Shown: piece after piece, positions 1 to 10,659 of the stretch
Numbering within the stretch: position 1 is the stretch's first letter
How the letters are laid out: every line of letters starts with the position of its first letter
Assembly: GCA_017303995.1 (NCBI GenBank)
Contig: JAFLBE010000007.1
Coordinates: 26,163-90,162, forward strand
Reading direction: 5' to 3'
DNA from: Bacteroidota bacterium
GTDB taxonomy: Bacteria; Bacteroidota; JABWAT01
Length of the DNA: 64,000 bases
Position numbers and translations under genes: made by a program
Notes under the pieces: model-generated
Told to the model about the DNA's origin: nothing
Seen by the model: the letters and a program-made list of their open reading frames with translations, nothing else
Databases searched by the model: none

Positions 1-75
1 TGGTTATATGGCTAAAGTGTAACGAAAAATATAATATATAGTTGGAAAAATATTATTATACCAAATATATTACGG

Positions 76-104
76 TTGACAAAATCGGTATAAATGTCTA
101 TTAT
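76..104 (+). promoter_or_regulatory. Sigma-70-like promoter TTGACA-N17-TATTAT(TG) about 290 nt upstream of cysH
   Basis: Read directly: ttgaca at 76-81, a 17-nt spacer, tattat at 99-104. It has the same architecture and the same TATTATTG extended -10 as the element at 34575-34603. Confidence 0.45.
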
Positions 105-280
105 TGTAACACAAAACAAAACTTTACAGAATAAACTGCTGTTATAAAAATAAATGCCGGATAATCTATTGATTTACCAGGCGGAGAAAAGTGATGAAGT
201 TGGAACAAGTCCCATTGACAACCTCTGAACAAGTTACCATTTCTTTGAACTTAATTTTTGCCTCTCATTATTCTTCCCGA

Positions 281-298
281 ATGACCTGCTGTTGTTGA
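281..298 (+). promoter_or_regulatory. Candidate cysteine-codon leader mini-ORF (ATG ACC TGC TGT TGT TGA = MTCCC) in the cys operon leader
   Basis: Three consecutive Cys codons sit ~100 nt upstream of cysH, inside a ~290-nt leader. A T-run (ccc ttttttt, 316-330) follows downstream. Confidence 0.3.
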
Positions 299-396
299 TT
301 CCATTCTGCCCCTGTTTAAATCTCCCTTTTTTTAATTTTAATCGGTTCTGAGAAATTAGAATCTATTGTCTTATCTCATTTATTTGGGGAAAACCC

Positions 397-1074
397 ATGT
401 CTGTGAATCATAATCAGCTTAATGGCATGCTGGATCTACTACCAGCTGAGCAGCGTGTCACCAAAATTGCAGAACATTTCAATAGTAGCCGGCTTGCAAT
501 TTCATCCAGTTTTGGAACCTTTTCCGCCGGGTTCCTTCATCTGGTTACTAAAATTTATCCGGAGATTCCTGTTCTTTTTCTGGATACAGGCTTTCATTTT
601 GAAGAGACACTTAAATTTCGTGATGAAGTAACAGAATTGCTTGGTTTGAACCTGATCAATCTCAAACCTGCAGTTTCAAAAAGCCAACTCTTTTCTGAAT
701 TGGGGGCTGAACCATTTAAATCCAATCCAGACCGGTGCTGCCAGGTAAATAAGGTTGACCCAATGGACTTAATCTTGAATGACTATGATCTCTGGATCTC
801 AGGAATCAGAAGCAGTCAGACTTCAAACCGAACAAATCTTTCTTATTTGACAACCAACATAAGGAATCAAACCAAGTTCCATCCAATTCTGGATTGGACT
901 TCAAAACAGGTTTGGGATTATTTACAGGAATATGAACTGCCTGTTCATCCACTATTTGAAAAAGGATTCACCAGTATTGGCTGTGAGCCTTGTACTTCTT
1001 TGGGGTCAGGTGATGCTGATGATCGTTCAGGTCGTTGGGGTGGTGATAAAAATGAGTGCGGACTTCATTTATGA
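397..1074 (+). CDS. cysH: Phosphoadenosine phosphosulfate/adenylylsulfate reductase (thioredoxin-dependent), APS-reductase type with Fe-S cysteine pairs
   Basis: PAPS reductase fold with the C-terminal ECGLH motif. It also has the CC (DRCCQVNK) and CxxC (SIGCEPCTS) cysteine pairs typical of [4Fe-4S] APS reductases. Confidence 0.9.
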   Translation: MSVNHNQLNGMLDLLPAEQRVTKIAEHFNSSRLAISSSFGTFSAGFLHLVTKIYPEIPVLFLDTGFHFEETLKFRDEVTELLGLNLINLKPAVSKSQLFSELGAEPFKSNPDRCCQVNKVDPMDLILNDYDLWISGIRSSQTSNRTNLSYLTTNIRNQTKFHPILDWTSKQVWDYLQEYELPVHPLFEKGFTSIGCEPCTSLGSGDADDRSGRWGGDKNECGLHL

Positions 1075-1868
1075 AACTGAAAAAGGGAAATTCCAGATTG
1101 AAATCTGGTGAAAAGGGAAAAGTATATCTGGTGGGCGCTGGAACAGGTGATCCTGAAGTGATTACAGTTAAGGCCCTTAGGTTGATTCGTCAGGCGGATG
1201 TTATTGTTTACGATTCATTGCTTCCGCAGGAACTTCTTGGAGAGGTAAAACCCTACGCTGAATTGGTTTATTGTGGTAAACGTGCCGGAAACCATCATTT
1301 AACCCAGGTTCAGATCAACCAGAAACTTGTTGACTCTGCAAGTTCCGGTAAAATGGTTGTCCGGTTAAAAGGTGGCGATCCTATGCTTTTTGGCAGGGGT
1401 GGAGAAGAAGCCATTTTTTTAAGTGAAAACAGAATACCCTTTGAATTTTGCCCGGGTGTTTCTGCTTTGCAGGTTTGTTCTTCTTACGCGAAAATTCCGT
1501 TGACTCACCGTGGACTCTCTTCAGCATTTATGGTTCTTTCAGGAGACTTTGCATCAATTGAAGATTTGGATTTTAATCTGCTTGCAAAATTTAAGGGTAC
1601 ACTGGTTTTCTTCATGGCACGATCGTCTGCCGGCAAAATAGCAGATCTTTTGGTCGAAGCTGGATCTGACCGGAATTTACCCGTTGCCTTTATTGAAAAT
1701 GGTGGAAGTTTAACTCAACGTGTTTTAACCGGTACTCTTGAAAAAATAAATGAACTTCATCCAGATAAGGATGCTCCGGTCTTGCTGATAATTGGAAAAA
1801 CAGTATTGCTGCACGACCGGCTGATTGAATCTGAAGCATTTAATTACGCGGCTTCTGTCCGTTTATAA
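1056..1868 (+). CDS. cobA: Uroporphyrinogen-III C-methyltransferase (SUMT) for siroheme synthesis
   Basis: VYLVGAGTGDPEVITVKA...VVRLKGGDPMLFGRGGEE are tetrapyrrole methylase motifs. It overlaps the cysH stop, so start M1056 or M1071 is possible. Confidence 0.9.
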   Translation: MRTSFMKLKKGNSRLKSGEKGKVYLVGAGTGDPEVITVKALRLIRQADVIVYDSLLPQELLGEVKPYAELVYCGKRAGNHHLTQVQINQKLVDSASSGKMVVRLKGGDPMLFGRGGEEAIFLSENRIPFEFCPGVSALQVCSSYAKIPLTHRGLSSAFMVLSGDFASIEDLDFNLLAKFKGTLVFFMARSSAGKIADLLVEAGSDRNLPVAFIENGGSLTQRVLTGTLEKINELHPDKDAPVLLIIGKTVLLHDRLIESEAFNYAASVRL

Positions 1869-1910
1869 ATTGGTATTAGTGAACCGGTTTTGGAAAACTG
1901 AAGGTGAAAA

Positions 1911-3554
1911 ATGGCAAAGGTTAATGTTGAAGAATTGAAATTAAATTCAGATGGACTTCGTGGCGATATTGTTTCTGAATTCTCAAATGAAAAGTCAAAT
2001 GTAACCGAAGAAACGTATCAGTTACTTAAATTTCATGGCATGTATCTGCAGGATGATCGTGACCAACGGAAGCAAAGATCGTCTCAGGGGCTGGAACGTG
2101 CCTTTTCCTTCATGATCCGGTCCCGGATTCCGGGCGGACTCATCAATCCGGCTCAATATCTGGCCCATGATAAAATCAGCGACCAGTGGGGAAATCATAC
2201 CCTTCGTATCACAACCCGTGAAGCCTTTCAGGTTCATGGCATTCTCAAGGGTGATGTAAAGTCTGTCATCCAAACGATTAATCAATCATTGCTATCCACC
2301 ATTTCTGCTTGTGGTGATGTAAACCGAAATGTTATCGTAACAACCGATCCGGTAAAATCAAAAGTAAACCTGCAATTACAGGTTCTGGCTGAAAAAATTG
2401 CAGACCATTTAACTCCTAAATCAACTGCCTATCATGAAATCTGGCTGAATGGTGAACCTGCACTAAAGGCCGTAGAAGAACCCATTTACGGGAAAACTTA
2501 CCTTCCAAGAAAATTTAAAATTGCAATTACAAAATTTGGAGATAACTCAATAGATGTATTCACAAATGATATCGGAATTGTAGCAATTTTAAGAAATGAC
2601 CAGATTTCAGGATACAATCTTTATCTCGGTGGTGGTTTGGGAAAAACCCACAATATGGAAGAAACGTTTCCACGGTTGGCTGATCCGCTTGGATTTGTAA
2701 AAGAAGAAAAAATTATCGAAGTCGTCGAAGCCATTGTAAAAGTTCAACGTGATCACGGCAACAGAGAAAACCGCAAACTGGCCAGAATGAAATATCTGGT
2801 TGCATCAAAAGGAATCAGTTGGTTTCATGACCGGGTTGCTGAATTTACAGGATTTAAACTGGATTCAATTGTTCCGGTTTCTGATTGGCAGTATGCCAAA
2901 TATCTGGGGTGGACAGATCAGCAGGATGGAAAATGGACGTATGGGTTGTTCGTTGAAAATGGCAGGATTCTAGATAAGGACGGCTTCAATTTAAAATCTG
3001 CACTCAAAAAAATTGCCACCAATTTTAATGTCAGTTTCAGACTGACCGCAACCCAGGATATTCAAATCAGAGACATCAGTGAGAAGGATAAACTAGTAAT
3101 CAGTGATTTGCTCGCTGATCATGGTGTTGGTTTTAGTGAATCCCATTCAGAAACCCGAACCGCATCGATTGCCTGTCCGGCACTTCCAACGTGCGGATTG
3201 GCTTTGACTGAATCTGAACGTGTAATGCCAGATATTATTTCTTTGATCGATAAGAACCTGACTGAAGCTGGTTTACCCAATTTTCAGATTGTAACACGAA
3301 TGACCGGTTGCCCTAACGGTTGTGCCAGACCTTATGCAGCAGAACTGGCCTTTGTAGGCAAATCTGGAATTAACTATGAAATTCATGTTGGTGGAAGTCA
3401 TAACGGGACAAGACTAACTCAGGTCTATCTGGATTCCTGGCCAGCTTCCCGTTTTGATGAACTTTTTAAAGATCTTTTCACCCGTTTTGCATCCGAAAAA
3501 AATGAAAATGAAACGTTTGGAGATTGGTCTAACCGGTCATTGTTAAACAGATAA
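1911..3554 (+). CDS. cysI: Assimilatory sulfite reductase hemoprotein (siroheme/[4Fe-4S], NirA/Sir/CysI family)
   Basis: Nitrite/sulfite reductase ferredoxin-like half-domain repeats. The cysteine cluster [10 protein letters not shown]...[10 protein letters not shown] binds siroheme and the Fe-S centre. Confidence 0.9.
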   Translation: MAKVNVEELKLNSDGLRGDIVSEFSNEKSNVTEETYQLLKFHGMYLQDDRDQRKQRSSQGLERAFSFMIRSRIPGGLINPAQYLAHDKISDQWGNHTLRITTREAFQVHGILKGDVKSVIQTINQSLLSTISACGDVNRNVIVTTDPVKSKVNLQLQVLAEKIADHLTPKSTAYHEIWLNGEPALKAVEEPIYGKTYLPRKFKIAITKFGDNSIDVFTNDIGIVAILRNDQISGYNLYLGGGLGKTHNMEETFPRLADPLGFVKEEKIIEVVEAIVKVQRDHGNRENRKLARMKYLVASKGISWFHDRVAEFTGFKLDSIVPVSDWQYAKYLGWTDQQDGKWTYGLFVENGRILDKDGFNLKSALKKIATNFNVSFRLTATQDIQIRDISEKDKLVISDLLADHGVGFSESHSETRTASIACPALPTCGLALTESERVMPDIISLIDKNLTEAGLPNFQIVTRMTGCPNGCARPYAAELAFVGKSGINYEIHVGGSHNGTRLTQVYLDSWPASRFDELFKDLFTRFASEKNENETFGDWSNRSLLNR

Positions 3555-3558
3555 AAAA

Positions 3559-4617
3559 ATGAAAATAAAATCAAAATTAAAATCCCCGTTTTTTGAAATT
3601 GGTATTAAAATAGTTTGGTTCAGTTTTTCCATCCAGACAGTTTTCTGTGCATGTGGAAACAACGATTCAAAAACTATTACTTTGTTGAATGTTTCCTATG
3701 ATCCAACCCGGGAACTCTATCAGGAATATGATTCTGTTTTTGCTGCGTATTGGAAGGAAAAGACAGGGAAGATTGTTGAAATCCATCAATCACATGGCGG
3801 TTCGGGGAAACAGGCACGGGCTGTTATTGACGGATTAGAAGCAGATGTGATTACTCTGGCTCTTGCATTCGACATTGATAACATTGCTGAAAAAGCCAAT
3901 TTACTTCCGCCAGACTGGCAGCAACGACTTCCAAACAACAGTTCACCTTATACTTCTACGATCATTTTTCTGGTACGGAAGGGAAATCCCAAACAGATTA
4001 AGGATTGGGATGATTTAGTGAGGCCCGGTGTCTCTGTCATCACGCCAAACCCAAAAACCTCTGGGGGTGCACGGTGGAATTATCTGGCTGCCTTCGGTTT
4101 TGCACTTGAAAAATTCAAGAACGATTCAACAAAAGCTAAAGCTTTTTTGGCTGACCTTTTCAAAAATGTTCCTGTTCTTGATTCCGGGGCAAGAGGATCG
4201 GCAACAACTTTTACTGAACGTGGAATTGGTGATGTTTTGATTACCTGGGAAAATGAAGCCTATCTCATTCTCAACTTCCCGGAAAAAGACAACTATGAAC
4301 CTGTTTATCCATCGGTCAGTATTCTGGCAGAACCGCCGGTTGCAGTTGTTGATTCAGTTGCTGTAAAACACGGAAGCCATGAAGTTGCAAAGGCCTATCT
4401 GGAGTTCCTTTATGAGAAAAAAAGTCAGGAAATCATAGTAAAGAACTACTACCGTCCGAATAACCCTGAACTTGCAGAAATGTATAAGTCACAATTTCCT
4501 GCACTTCGTCAATTCACCATAGACAAAGATTTTGGCGGATGGAAGGTGGCACAAAAACTGCATTTTAGTGATGGCGGAATTTTTGACCAGATTTACAAAC
4601 CAACAGAGAAAAAATAA
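3559..4617 (+). CDS. sbp: Sulfate/thiosulfate ABC transporter substrate-binding protein
   Basis: Signal peptide plus a Sbp/CysP-like periplasmic binding fold ([18 protein letters not shown]). It sits immediately upstream of cysTWA. Confidence 0.85.
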   Translation: MKIKSKLKSPFFEIGIKIVWFSFSIQTVFCACGNNDSKTITLLNVSYDPTRELYQEYDSVFAAYWKEKTGKIVEIHQSHGGSGKQARAVIDGLEADVITLALAFDIDNIAEKANLLPPDWQQRLPNNSSPYTSTIIFLVRKGNPKQIKDWDDLVRPGVSVITPNPKTSGGARWNYLAAFGFALEKFKNDSTKAKAFLADLFKNVPVLDSGARGSATTFTERGIGDVLITWENEAYLILNFPEKDNYEPVYPSVSILAEPPVAVVDSVAVKHGSHEVAKAYLEFLYEKKSQEIIVKNYYRPNNPELAEMYKSQFPALRQFTIDKDFGGWKVAQKLHFSDGGIFDQIYKPTEKK

Positions 4618-4662
4618 GCATCAGGTTACCATTCATTTTTTTAATGCTTCCAGGTCAAATTT

Positions 4663-5499
4663 ATGTTCGAATTGAAAAAATCATTTTCGGTTCACAAAGG
4701 GTTCGGGTTAACACTCGGTATCACTTTGTTTTATTTAGGCCTGATGCTGATTATTCCGCTTTCAACCCTTTTCTTTAAAACATTTACACTGACCTGGGAC
4801 TCATTCTGGACAACAGTAACTGATGAAAGGGTGATGAGAGCCTATCAGGTCAGTTTTGGAACAGCATTTTTAGCTGCTGGAGTTAATCTGTTTTTCGGAA
4901 CGTTGATTGCCTGGGTTTTGGTTCGCTATCAGTTTTTCGGAAAAAGAATTCTTGATGCGCTGATTGATTTTCCCTTCGCTTTGCCAACTGCTGTTGCCGG
5001 AATTTGCCTGACAACACTTTTTGCCTCATCTGGATGGATTGGAAATCTTCTGGATGGATTTGGAATCCAGGTTGTATTTACACAATGGGGAATTACCATT
5101 GCTCTGATTTTTATTACACTTCCTTTCTCAGTGAGAAGTATTCAGCCGGTTCTTGAAGATTTGAATCCGGAGGTGGAAGAAGCTGCAATCAGTCTGGGTG
5201 CAAACCGGTGGCAGCTTTTTTCCAGAATTATTGTTCCTGAACTACTGCCAGCTGCCTTTGCAGGATTTACACTTTCTTTCGCCCGAGCCCTGGGTGAGTA
5301 CGGATCTGTTGTATTTATTTCAGGAAATCTTCCCTTTAAAACAGAAATCGCACCGCTGCTCATCGTTACGAAGCTTGAGCAGTACGATTATGCCGGTGCA
5401 ACCTCAATTGCAGTTGTGCTTCTCATCTTTTCATTTATCACCCTTATTATTCTGAACAGCCTGCAAAGTTTGAACAGAACCTGGAAAAGCAGGAACTGA
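4663..5499 (+). CDS. cysT: Sulfate ABC transporter permease CysT
   Basis: Polytopic permease with the EAA-like loop EEAAISLGANRWQLF, in the sbp-cysTWA arrangement. Confidence 0.9.
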   Translation: MFELKKSFSVHKGFGLTLGITLFYLGLMLIIPLSTLFFKTFTLTWDSFWTTVTDERVMRAYQVSFGTAFLAAGVNLFFGTLIAWVLVRYQFFGKRILDALIDFPFALPTAVAGICLTTLFASSGWIGNLLDGFGIQVVFTQWGITIALIFITLPFSVRSIQPVLEDLNPEVEEAAISLGANRWQLFSRIIVPELLPAAFAGFTLSFARALGEYGSVVFISGNLPFKTEIAPLLIVTKLEQYDYAGATSIAVVLLIFSFITLIILNSLQSLNRTWKSRN

Positions 5500-5501
5500 A
5501 A

Positions 5502-6380
5502 ATGTCTCACCATCCAATTCATAAACTGAACCGCCCCGGTGAAGGGAAACTTACTAAAATCGTTCTGATTTCAGTTGCTTTGATTTTTCTAAGTGTATTT
5601 CTGGTTCTTCCGTTGATTACAGTCTTTTATCAGGCGTTCAAGTTCGGAATTCAGCCCTATCTGGGTTATTTATCCGATCCGATGACAATAAGTGCCATTC
5701 AGATTACCTTAATTTCGGCAACTATTGCAGTTGTTCTTAATACTATTTTCGGGATTGCTGCCGCCTGGTTAATTTCAAAATTTGAATTCCCGGGAAAGAA
5801 AATTATTCTGACTTTAATTGATTTACCTCTCACCATTTCACCGGTTATCATCGGAATCATTTTCGTGTTTCTGGTTGGCGTTCATGGCTATTGGGGTGAG
5901 TTTTTCGCCTCACGTGGAATTAAAATCATTTTTGCGGTTCCGGGAATTGTTCTGGCTACAACTTTCGTCACGTTTTCGTTTGTCGCAAGGGAACTCATTC
6001 CGCACATGCAGGGGCAGGGAAATGAGGAAGAAGAAGCAGCCATTCTGCTGGGGGCCAGCGGATTTAAAACCTTTTTCCTGATCACCCTTCCGAAAATAAA
6101 ATGGAGTTTACTCTATGGTATAATTTTGTGCAATGCCCGTGCCTGTGGTGAATTTGGAGCCGTTTCTGTGGTTTCTGGGCACATTCGCGGATTGACAAAC
6201 ACACTTTCGCTCCATATCGAAATTCTTTACAACGAGTACAATATTGTTGCAGCGTTTGCGGTTGCTTCAATCCTGACCGTTCTGGCCTTAATTACTCTTA
6301 TCGTTAAAAAATTGATGGAATATTCTGAATCAAGAGATCTTGAAGCCCTTGAACCGGCAATTGCTGAGGTGAAATCATGA
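5502..6380 (+). CDS. cysW: Sulfate ABC transporter permease CysW
   Basis: Second permease with an [16 protein letters not shown] loop. Confidence 0.9.
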   Translation: MSHHPIHKLNRPGEGKLTKIVLISVALIFLSVFLVLPLITVFYQAFKFGIQPYLGYLSDPMTISAIQITLISATIAVVLNTIFGIAAAWLISKFEFPGKKIILTLIDLPLTISPVIIGIIFVFLVGVHGYWGEFFASRGIKIIFAVPGIVLATTFVTFSFVARELIPHMQGQGNEEEEAAILLGASGFKTFFLITLPKIKWSLLYGIILCNARACGEFGAVSVVSGHIRGLTNTLSLHIEILYNEYNIVAAFAVASILTVLALITLIVKKLMEYSESRDLEALEPAIAEVKS

Positions 6381-7399
6381 GTATCCAGATTGAAAATCTG
6401 ACCAAAAAGTTTGGCACTTTTACTGCTGTCGATCAGCTTTCCCTTACCGTCAATGATGGTGAACTATTGGCTTTGCTGGGTCCGTCTGGCTGCGGAAAAA
6501 CGACTTTACTGCGCATGATTGCCGGACTGGAAAACCCCGATCAGGGGACAATAAAATTTCAAGAAAATGAAAACCAGGTAATCGAAAACCGGATCGGATT
6601 TGTTTTTCAGCATTATGCCTTGTTCAGGCACATGACCGTTTTTGAAAATGTTGCTTTTGGGCTAAAAGTAAAACCACGATCCATCCGACCTTCAAAAGAA
6701 GAAATCAAAACAAAAGTTTTTGACCTGCTTAAAATGGTGCAGCTTGACTGGGCTGTGAACCGGTTACCCTCTGAACTTTCAGGTGGTCAGAGACAACGGG
6801 TTGCGTTGGCACGTGCGCTTGCCATTGAACCCAAAGTTTTGCTTCTCGATGAACCGTTTGGTGCGCTTGATGCAAAAGTCCGGAAGGAACTCCGTCGCTG
6901 GTTACGCCATCTTCATGACGAATTGAAAATTACAAGTGTGTTTGTAACTCACGATCAGGAAGAAGCCCTTGAAGTTTCTGACAGGATTGTCATCATGAAT
7001 CAGGGAAAAATTCTGCAGCAGGGAACGCCGGAAGAGGTCTATGCCCATCCGGCAAATCCGTTTGTGTTTAATTTTCTCGGAAATGTGAATCTTTTTCATG
7101 GACGGATTGAAAATGGTGAAGCCAATCAGGTCGGATTCGTCCGTCCGCATGACATCAGCCTCGAACTAACACCAAATGGATTGGATCGGTTTGAGGCTGT
7201 TGTTGACCGAGTATTTTCAATTGGAAACTTAACCCGGGTTGAGCTGAAATTAACTGAATCAGGACGATTTGTTGATTCAGAAATCACCAAGGAAACTTTT
7301 GATAAACTGCAAATTAAAACCGGCGATAAAGTTTTTATCAAATTGAATAAAATTAAAGTCTTTCAGGCAGATCAGAATCAACCTGAATACAGTATTTAA
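6377..7399 (+). CDS. cysA: Sulfate ABC transporter ATP-binding protein CysA
   Basis: Walker [13 protein letters not shown] signature [15 protein letters not shown], and a C-terminal TOBE/MOP-like domain. Confidence 0.9.
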   Translation: MSIQIENLTKKFGTFTAVDQLSLTVNDGELLALLGPSGCGKTTLLRMIAGLENPDQGTIKFQENENQVIENRIGFVFQHYALFRHMTVFENVAFGLKVKPRSIRPSKEEIKTKVFDLLKMVQLDWAVNRLPSELSGGQRQRVALARALAIEPKVLLLDEPFGALDAKVRKELRRWLRHLHDELKITSVFVTHDQEEALEVSDRIVIMNQGKILQQGTPEEVYAHPANPFVFNFLGNVNLFHGRIENGEANQVGFVRPHDISLELTPNGLDRFEAVVDRVFSIGNLTRVELKLTESGRFVDSEITKETFDKLQIKTGDKVFIKLNKIKVFQADQNQPEYSI

Positions 7400-7425
7400 A
7401 CTCGAATCAGAAAACGGGAGAAAAA

Positions 7426-7962
7426 ATGTCAAACGGATTTACCATTTGGTTAACCGGACATAGCGGTGCAGGAAAATCAACGCTTGCCCATGCACTTGAA
7501 AAGGAATTGACGTCCCGTCATATTTCTACCGAAGTTTTGGATGGTGATATAGTGAGGACAAATTTGTCTCAGGGATTAACTTTTTCACCTGAGGACAGGA
7601 ACATCAATGTTCAGCGGATCGGATTTGTTGCTTCGTTGCTTTCAAAGCATGGTGTAGGTGTTATTGTTTCAGCAATTTCCCCTTACAGGACGGCCCGGGA
7701 AAGCGTCAGGAAGTCAATTCCGGGATTTGTTGAGGTTTATGTGAATTGCCCGGTTGAAGAATGTGAACGCCGTGACGTGAAAGGACTTTATAAAAAAGCT
7801 AGAAACGGTGAAATCCCATCTTTTACCGGAATTAACGATCCATATGAACCACCTTTAAATCCTGAAGTGGAAGTCAGAACCGACCTGGAATCCCTTCAGG
7901 AATCCACCAGAAAAATCATCTGCTTTCTGGAACAACAAAATTTAATCGGGGAAATCAAATGA
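7426..7962 (+). CDS. cysC: Adenylylsulfate (APS) kinase
   Basis: P-loop [17 protein letters not shown] motif, [12 protein letters not shown]. Confidence 0.9.
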   Translation: MSNGFTIWLTGHSGAGKSTLAHALEKELTSRHISTEVLDGDIVRTNLSQGLTFSPEDRNINVQRIGFVASLLSKHGVGVIVSAISPYRTARESVRKSIPGFVEVYVNCPVEECERRDVKGLYKKARNGEIPSFTGINDPYEPPLNPEVEVRTDLESLQESTRKIICFLEQQNLIGEIK

Positions 7963-8840
7963 ATCAGCTTGATCAGTTGGAAGCCAGAAGTGTTTACATT
8001 TTTCGTGAAGCTTATGCCAATTTCAAAAATTTGTGTATGCTTTGGTCCATCGGGAAAGACAGTACTGTTTTGTTGTGGCTGGCCAGAAAAGCCTTTTTTG
8101 GTCATGTTCCATTTCCTCTGGTTCACATCGACACACATTATAAAATCCCGGCCATGATTGAATACAGAAATAAACTTGCTCTGGAGTTTAATCTGAATTT
8201 GATTTATGGTGAGAATACCGAAGCGTTGGCGAATAAACTGACCTTTCCTGATGGCAATGTTGACCGGCTGACCTGCTGTAAAAACCTGAAAGCGGATGCT
8301 TTGAAAAACACACTTTCAGGTGATTGGCCACGCTACAAATTGAATCATTCCAATGGCGAATTTGATCTGGACACAAACAGGGAAGCCTACACAGGCGTTA
8401 TTGTAGGGGCCCGTGCAGATGAAGAAGGAAGCCGTTCAAAGGAACGTTATTTTTCACCAAGGAATAAAGAAAGTTCGTGGGATGTGGGTGACCAACCGCC
8501 TGAATTCTGGAATCAATATAAAACTGATTTTGCTCCCGGAACCCACGTCAGAATTCATCCGCTTTTAGATTGGACTGAACTGAATATCTGGGAATATATC
8601 GAGAGGGAAAAAATCCCGACGGTTGATTTGTACTACAATCAGGGCGAAGGAAAACGGTTTCGTTCTCTCGGTTGCTGGCCCTGTACACATTCTGTCGATT
8701 CTGAAAGCAGGAATGTTGTCGAAATTATTGAAGAATTGAAAACTGGTAAATTTGCTAACATTGCAGAAAGATCTGGTCGCGCTCAGGATAAAGAAGATGG
8801 TGGCGGACTCGAAACCCTCAGAAGAGAAGGATATATGTAG
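7959..8840 (+). CDS. cysD: Sulfate adenylyltransferase subunit 2
   Basis: PAPS-reductase-like ATP pyrophosphatase fold ([13 protein letters not shown]). It lies directly upstream of cysN. Confidence 0.9.
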   Translation: MNQLDQLEARSVYIFREAYANFKNLCMLWSIGKDSTVLLWLARKAFFGHVPFPLVHIDTHYKIPAMIEYRNKLALEFNLNLIYGENTEALANKLTFPDGNVDRLTCCKNLKADALKNTLSGDWPRYKLNHSNGEFDLDTNREAYTGVIVGARADEEGSRSKERYFSPRNKESSWDVGDQPPEFWNQYKTDFAPGTHVRIHPLLDWTELNIWEYIEREKIPTVDLYYNQGEGKRFRSLGCWPCTHSVDSESRNVVEIIEELKTGKFANIAERSGRAQDKEDGGGLETLRREGYM

Positions 8841-8842
8841 GG

Positions 8843-8877
8843 GAATAACGAATAACGAATAGCGAATTACGAAACGA
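8843..8877. repeat. Heptanucleotide tandem-repeat array 1 (GAATAAC x2, GAATAGC, GAATTAC, GAAACGA) in the cysD-cysN spacer
   Basis: Exact period-7 phasing read directly. It is followed by AGTTCTGCGATGCC (8878-8891) and then a CCCCCTCC hairpin. Confidence 0.7.
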
Positions 8878-8929
8878 TAGTTCTGCGATGCCAATTCAGA
8901 ATAATGGAAAACACCATTTTCTGAAATAC

Positions 8930-8948
8930 CCCCCTCCAACGGAGGGGG
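8930..8948. repeat. GC hairpin CCCCCTCC-aac-GGAGGGGG, a member of the CCCCTCC hairpin family
   Basis: Perfect 8-bp inverted repeat. The same stem sequence recurs at 38546-38566, 41433-41455 and 41513-41533. Confidence 0.7.
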
Positions 8949-8997
8949 AATGGGGGTGGGTTGGTATGTTTACTCCTGAAAACACGAAAAAATAAAA

Positions 8998-10641
8998 GTG
9001 AAACTTATGCATTTACTCCGTACCCAAATGAATATCGTGATCTGTGGACATGTTGACCACGGGAAAAGCACTGTTGTTGGTCGGCTTTTAGCCGATACGA
9101 ACTCACTTCCGACCGGGAAACTTGATCAGGTCAGGGCAAATTGTGAACGAAATTCAAAACCGTTTGAATATGCCTTTCTTCTTGATGCCCTGAAAGATGA
9201 ACAATCACAGGGCATTACCATTGATGCTGCACGTGTTTTCTTCAAAACCCAATCCCGTGATTATATCATCATCGATGCACCCGGTCATATTGAATTTCTG
9301 AAAAATATGGTTACCGGTGCTTCACGTGCTGAAGCAGCTTTACTGGTTATTGATGCAAAAGAAGGCGTCAAAGAAAATTCGAAACGTCACGGATATTTGC
9401 TTTCCATGCTTGGCATTTCCCAAGTTGTCGTTCTAATTAATAAAATGGATTTGGTTGGATACTCAGAAGATATTTACAACTCCATTTCTTCAGAATATCG
9501 TGCTTTTCTGAGCCAGGTTGGTATAAATCCGGCGTCGATTATTCCGATTTCTGGCCGGGAAGGTGATAATCTGGTTTCGGTCAGTCAAAATATGCCCTGG
9601 TATTCTGGTACGTCGGTTTTAACCCAGCTTGATTCGTTTAAAAAGGAAAAACAACCGGTTGAAAGTCCGTTCCGGCTGCCTGTTCAGGATGTTTATAAGT
9701 TTACTGCAAATGGCGATGACCGGCGGATTGTGGCCGGAACGATTGAATCCGGCCGGATTCAGATTGGTGATGAAATCACATTTTATCCGTCAGGGAAGAC
9801 AGCAAAAATTGCAACAATTGAGAGTTTTAACACTGCCTTGAAATCAAAGTCAGAAGCTGGTGATGCAACTGGGTTTACACTTGATCAGCAGATTTACATC
9901 ACCCGTGGCGAACTGGTAGCAAAAGTAGGTGAGTTAAAACCGGTTTGTTCTTCTCTGATCAGGGTTAATTTGTTTTGGCTCGGAAGGAATCCGTTGGTGA
10001 AAGGGAAGGATTATTTTCTTAAAATCGGGACATCAAGAGTGAAAATGAAACTCGAAACTGTTCACAAACTTCTTGATGCCGTTAATCTGGAGACTTTGGA
10101 ATCAGCAACACAAATTAACCGTCACGATGTTGCAGATTGTACTTTCCGTCTTGCAAAACCTGTGGCATTTGATCTTACCTCTGATTTCGCAGGAACCTCC
10201 CGTTTTGTTATCGTTGATGATTATGAAATCAGTGGTGGCGGAATTATAAAAGAGGCCATTGACGACGCCAATCTTGCAGACAATAGCTGGAAAAAGAATT
10301 TACTCAAATGGGAAATAGTAAACGAAAACCGTGAGTTAAAAATCAGGTTTGATTCTGAAGCCGGCAATTTGATTTTAATTTCCGGTACAGATCATCAGGA
10401 TGCGATTAATCTGGCTGCTGAAAAAGAACGTGAACTCCTGCTTCTGGGAGAAAAGCCAATTGTGATTTCAATTTCTGATGATTTATCATTTGCCGATACC
10501 AGTATTTATCAGACTGATACAACCCGTGAACAACAAGTTCAGTTTTTATCAGGATTTCTTCCGGTTTTACTGAATAACGGGTCAACTATTATTATTTCAG
10601 CTACCCGGTTAACTGAAGATGAAACGAAATTATTAGTTTGA
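8998..10641 (+). CDS. cysN: Sulfate adenylyltransferase subunit 1 (GTPase) with an unusual ~115-aa C-terminal extension
   Basis: EF-Tu-like GTPase GHVDHGKST...DAPGH...NKMD. At 547 aa it is ~70 aa longer than canonical CysN. The tail (LILISGTDHQD...) lacks a P-loop. Confidence 0.9.
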   Translation: MKLMHLLRTQMNIVICGHVDHGKSTVVGRLLADTNSLPTGKLDQVRANCERNSKPFEYAFLLDALKDEQSQGITIDAARVFFKTQSRDYIIIDAPGHIEFLKNMVTGASRAEAALLVIDAKEGVKENSKRHGYLLSMLGISQVVVLINKMDLVGYSEDIYNSISSEYRAFLSQVGINPASIIPISGREGDNLVSVSQNMPWYSGTSVLTQLDSFKKEKQPVESPFRLPVQDVYKFTANGDDRRIVAGTIESGRIQIGDEITFYPSGKTAKIATIESFNTALKSKSEAGDATGFTLDQQIYITRGELVAKVGELKPVCSSLIRVNLFWLGRNPLVKGKDYFLKIGTSRVKMKLETVHKLLDAVNLETLESATQINRHDVADCTFRLAKPVAFDLTSDFAGTSRFVIVDDYEISGGGIIKEAIDDANLADNSWKKNLLKWEIVNENRELKIRFDSEAGNLILISGTDHQDAINLAAEKERELLLLGEKPIVISISDDLSFADTSIYQTDTTREQQVQFLSGFLPVLLNNGSTIIISATRLTEDETKLLV

Positions 10642-10659
10642 AAACTAATTAGTTAAGGT

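Noticed and set aside
422-631. Many short six-frame ORFs lying inside or antisense to well-supported genes. Examples: 422..631, 2022..2285(-), 5142..5363(-), 16883..17443(-), 18219..18614(-), 35792..36250(-), 40623..40985(-), 43334..43867(-), 46935..47186(-).
   Set aside because: Each is fully embedded in a longer ORF with clear family motifs on another frame or strand. None has motifs or plausible translation-initiation context of its own.
8565-8939. 124-aa minus-strand ORF spanning the cysD 3' end, heptamer array 1 and the CCCCCTCC hairpin.
   Set aside because: Antisense to cysD and composed partly of repeat sequence; it is an artefact of the stop-poor repeat.
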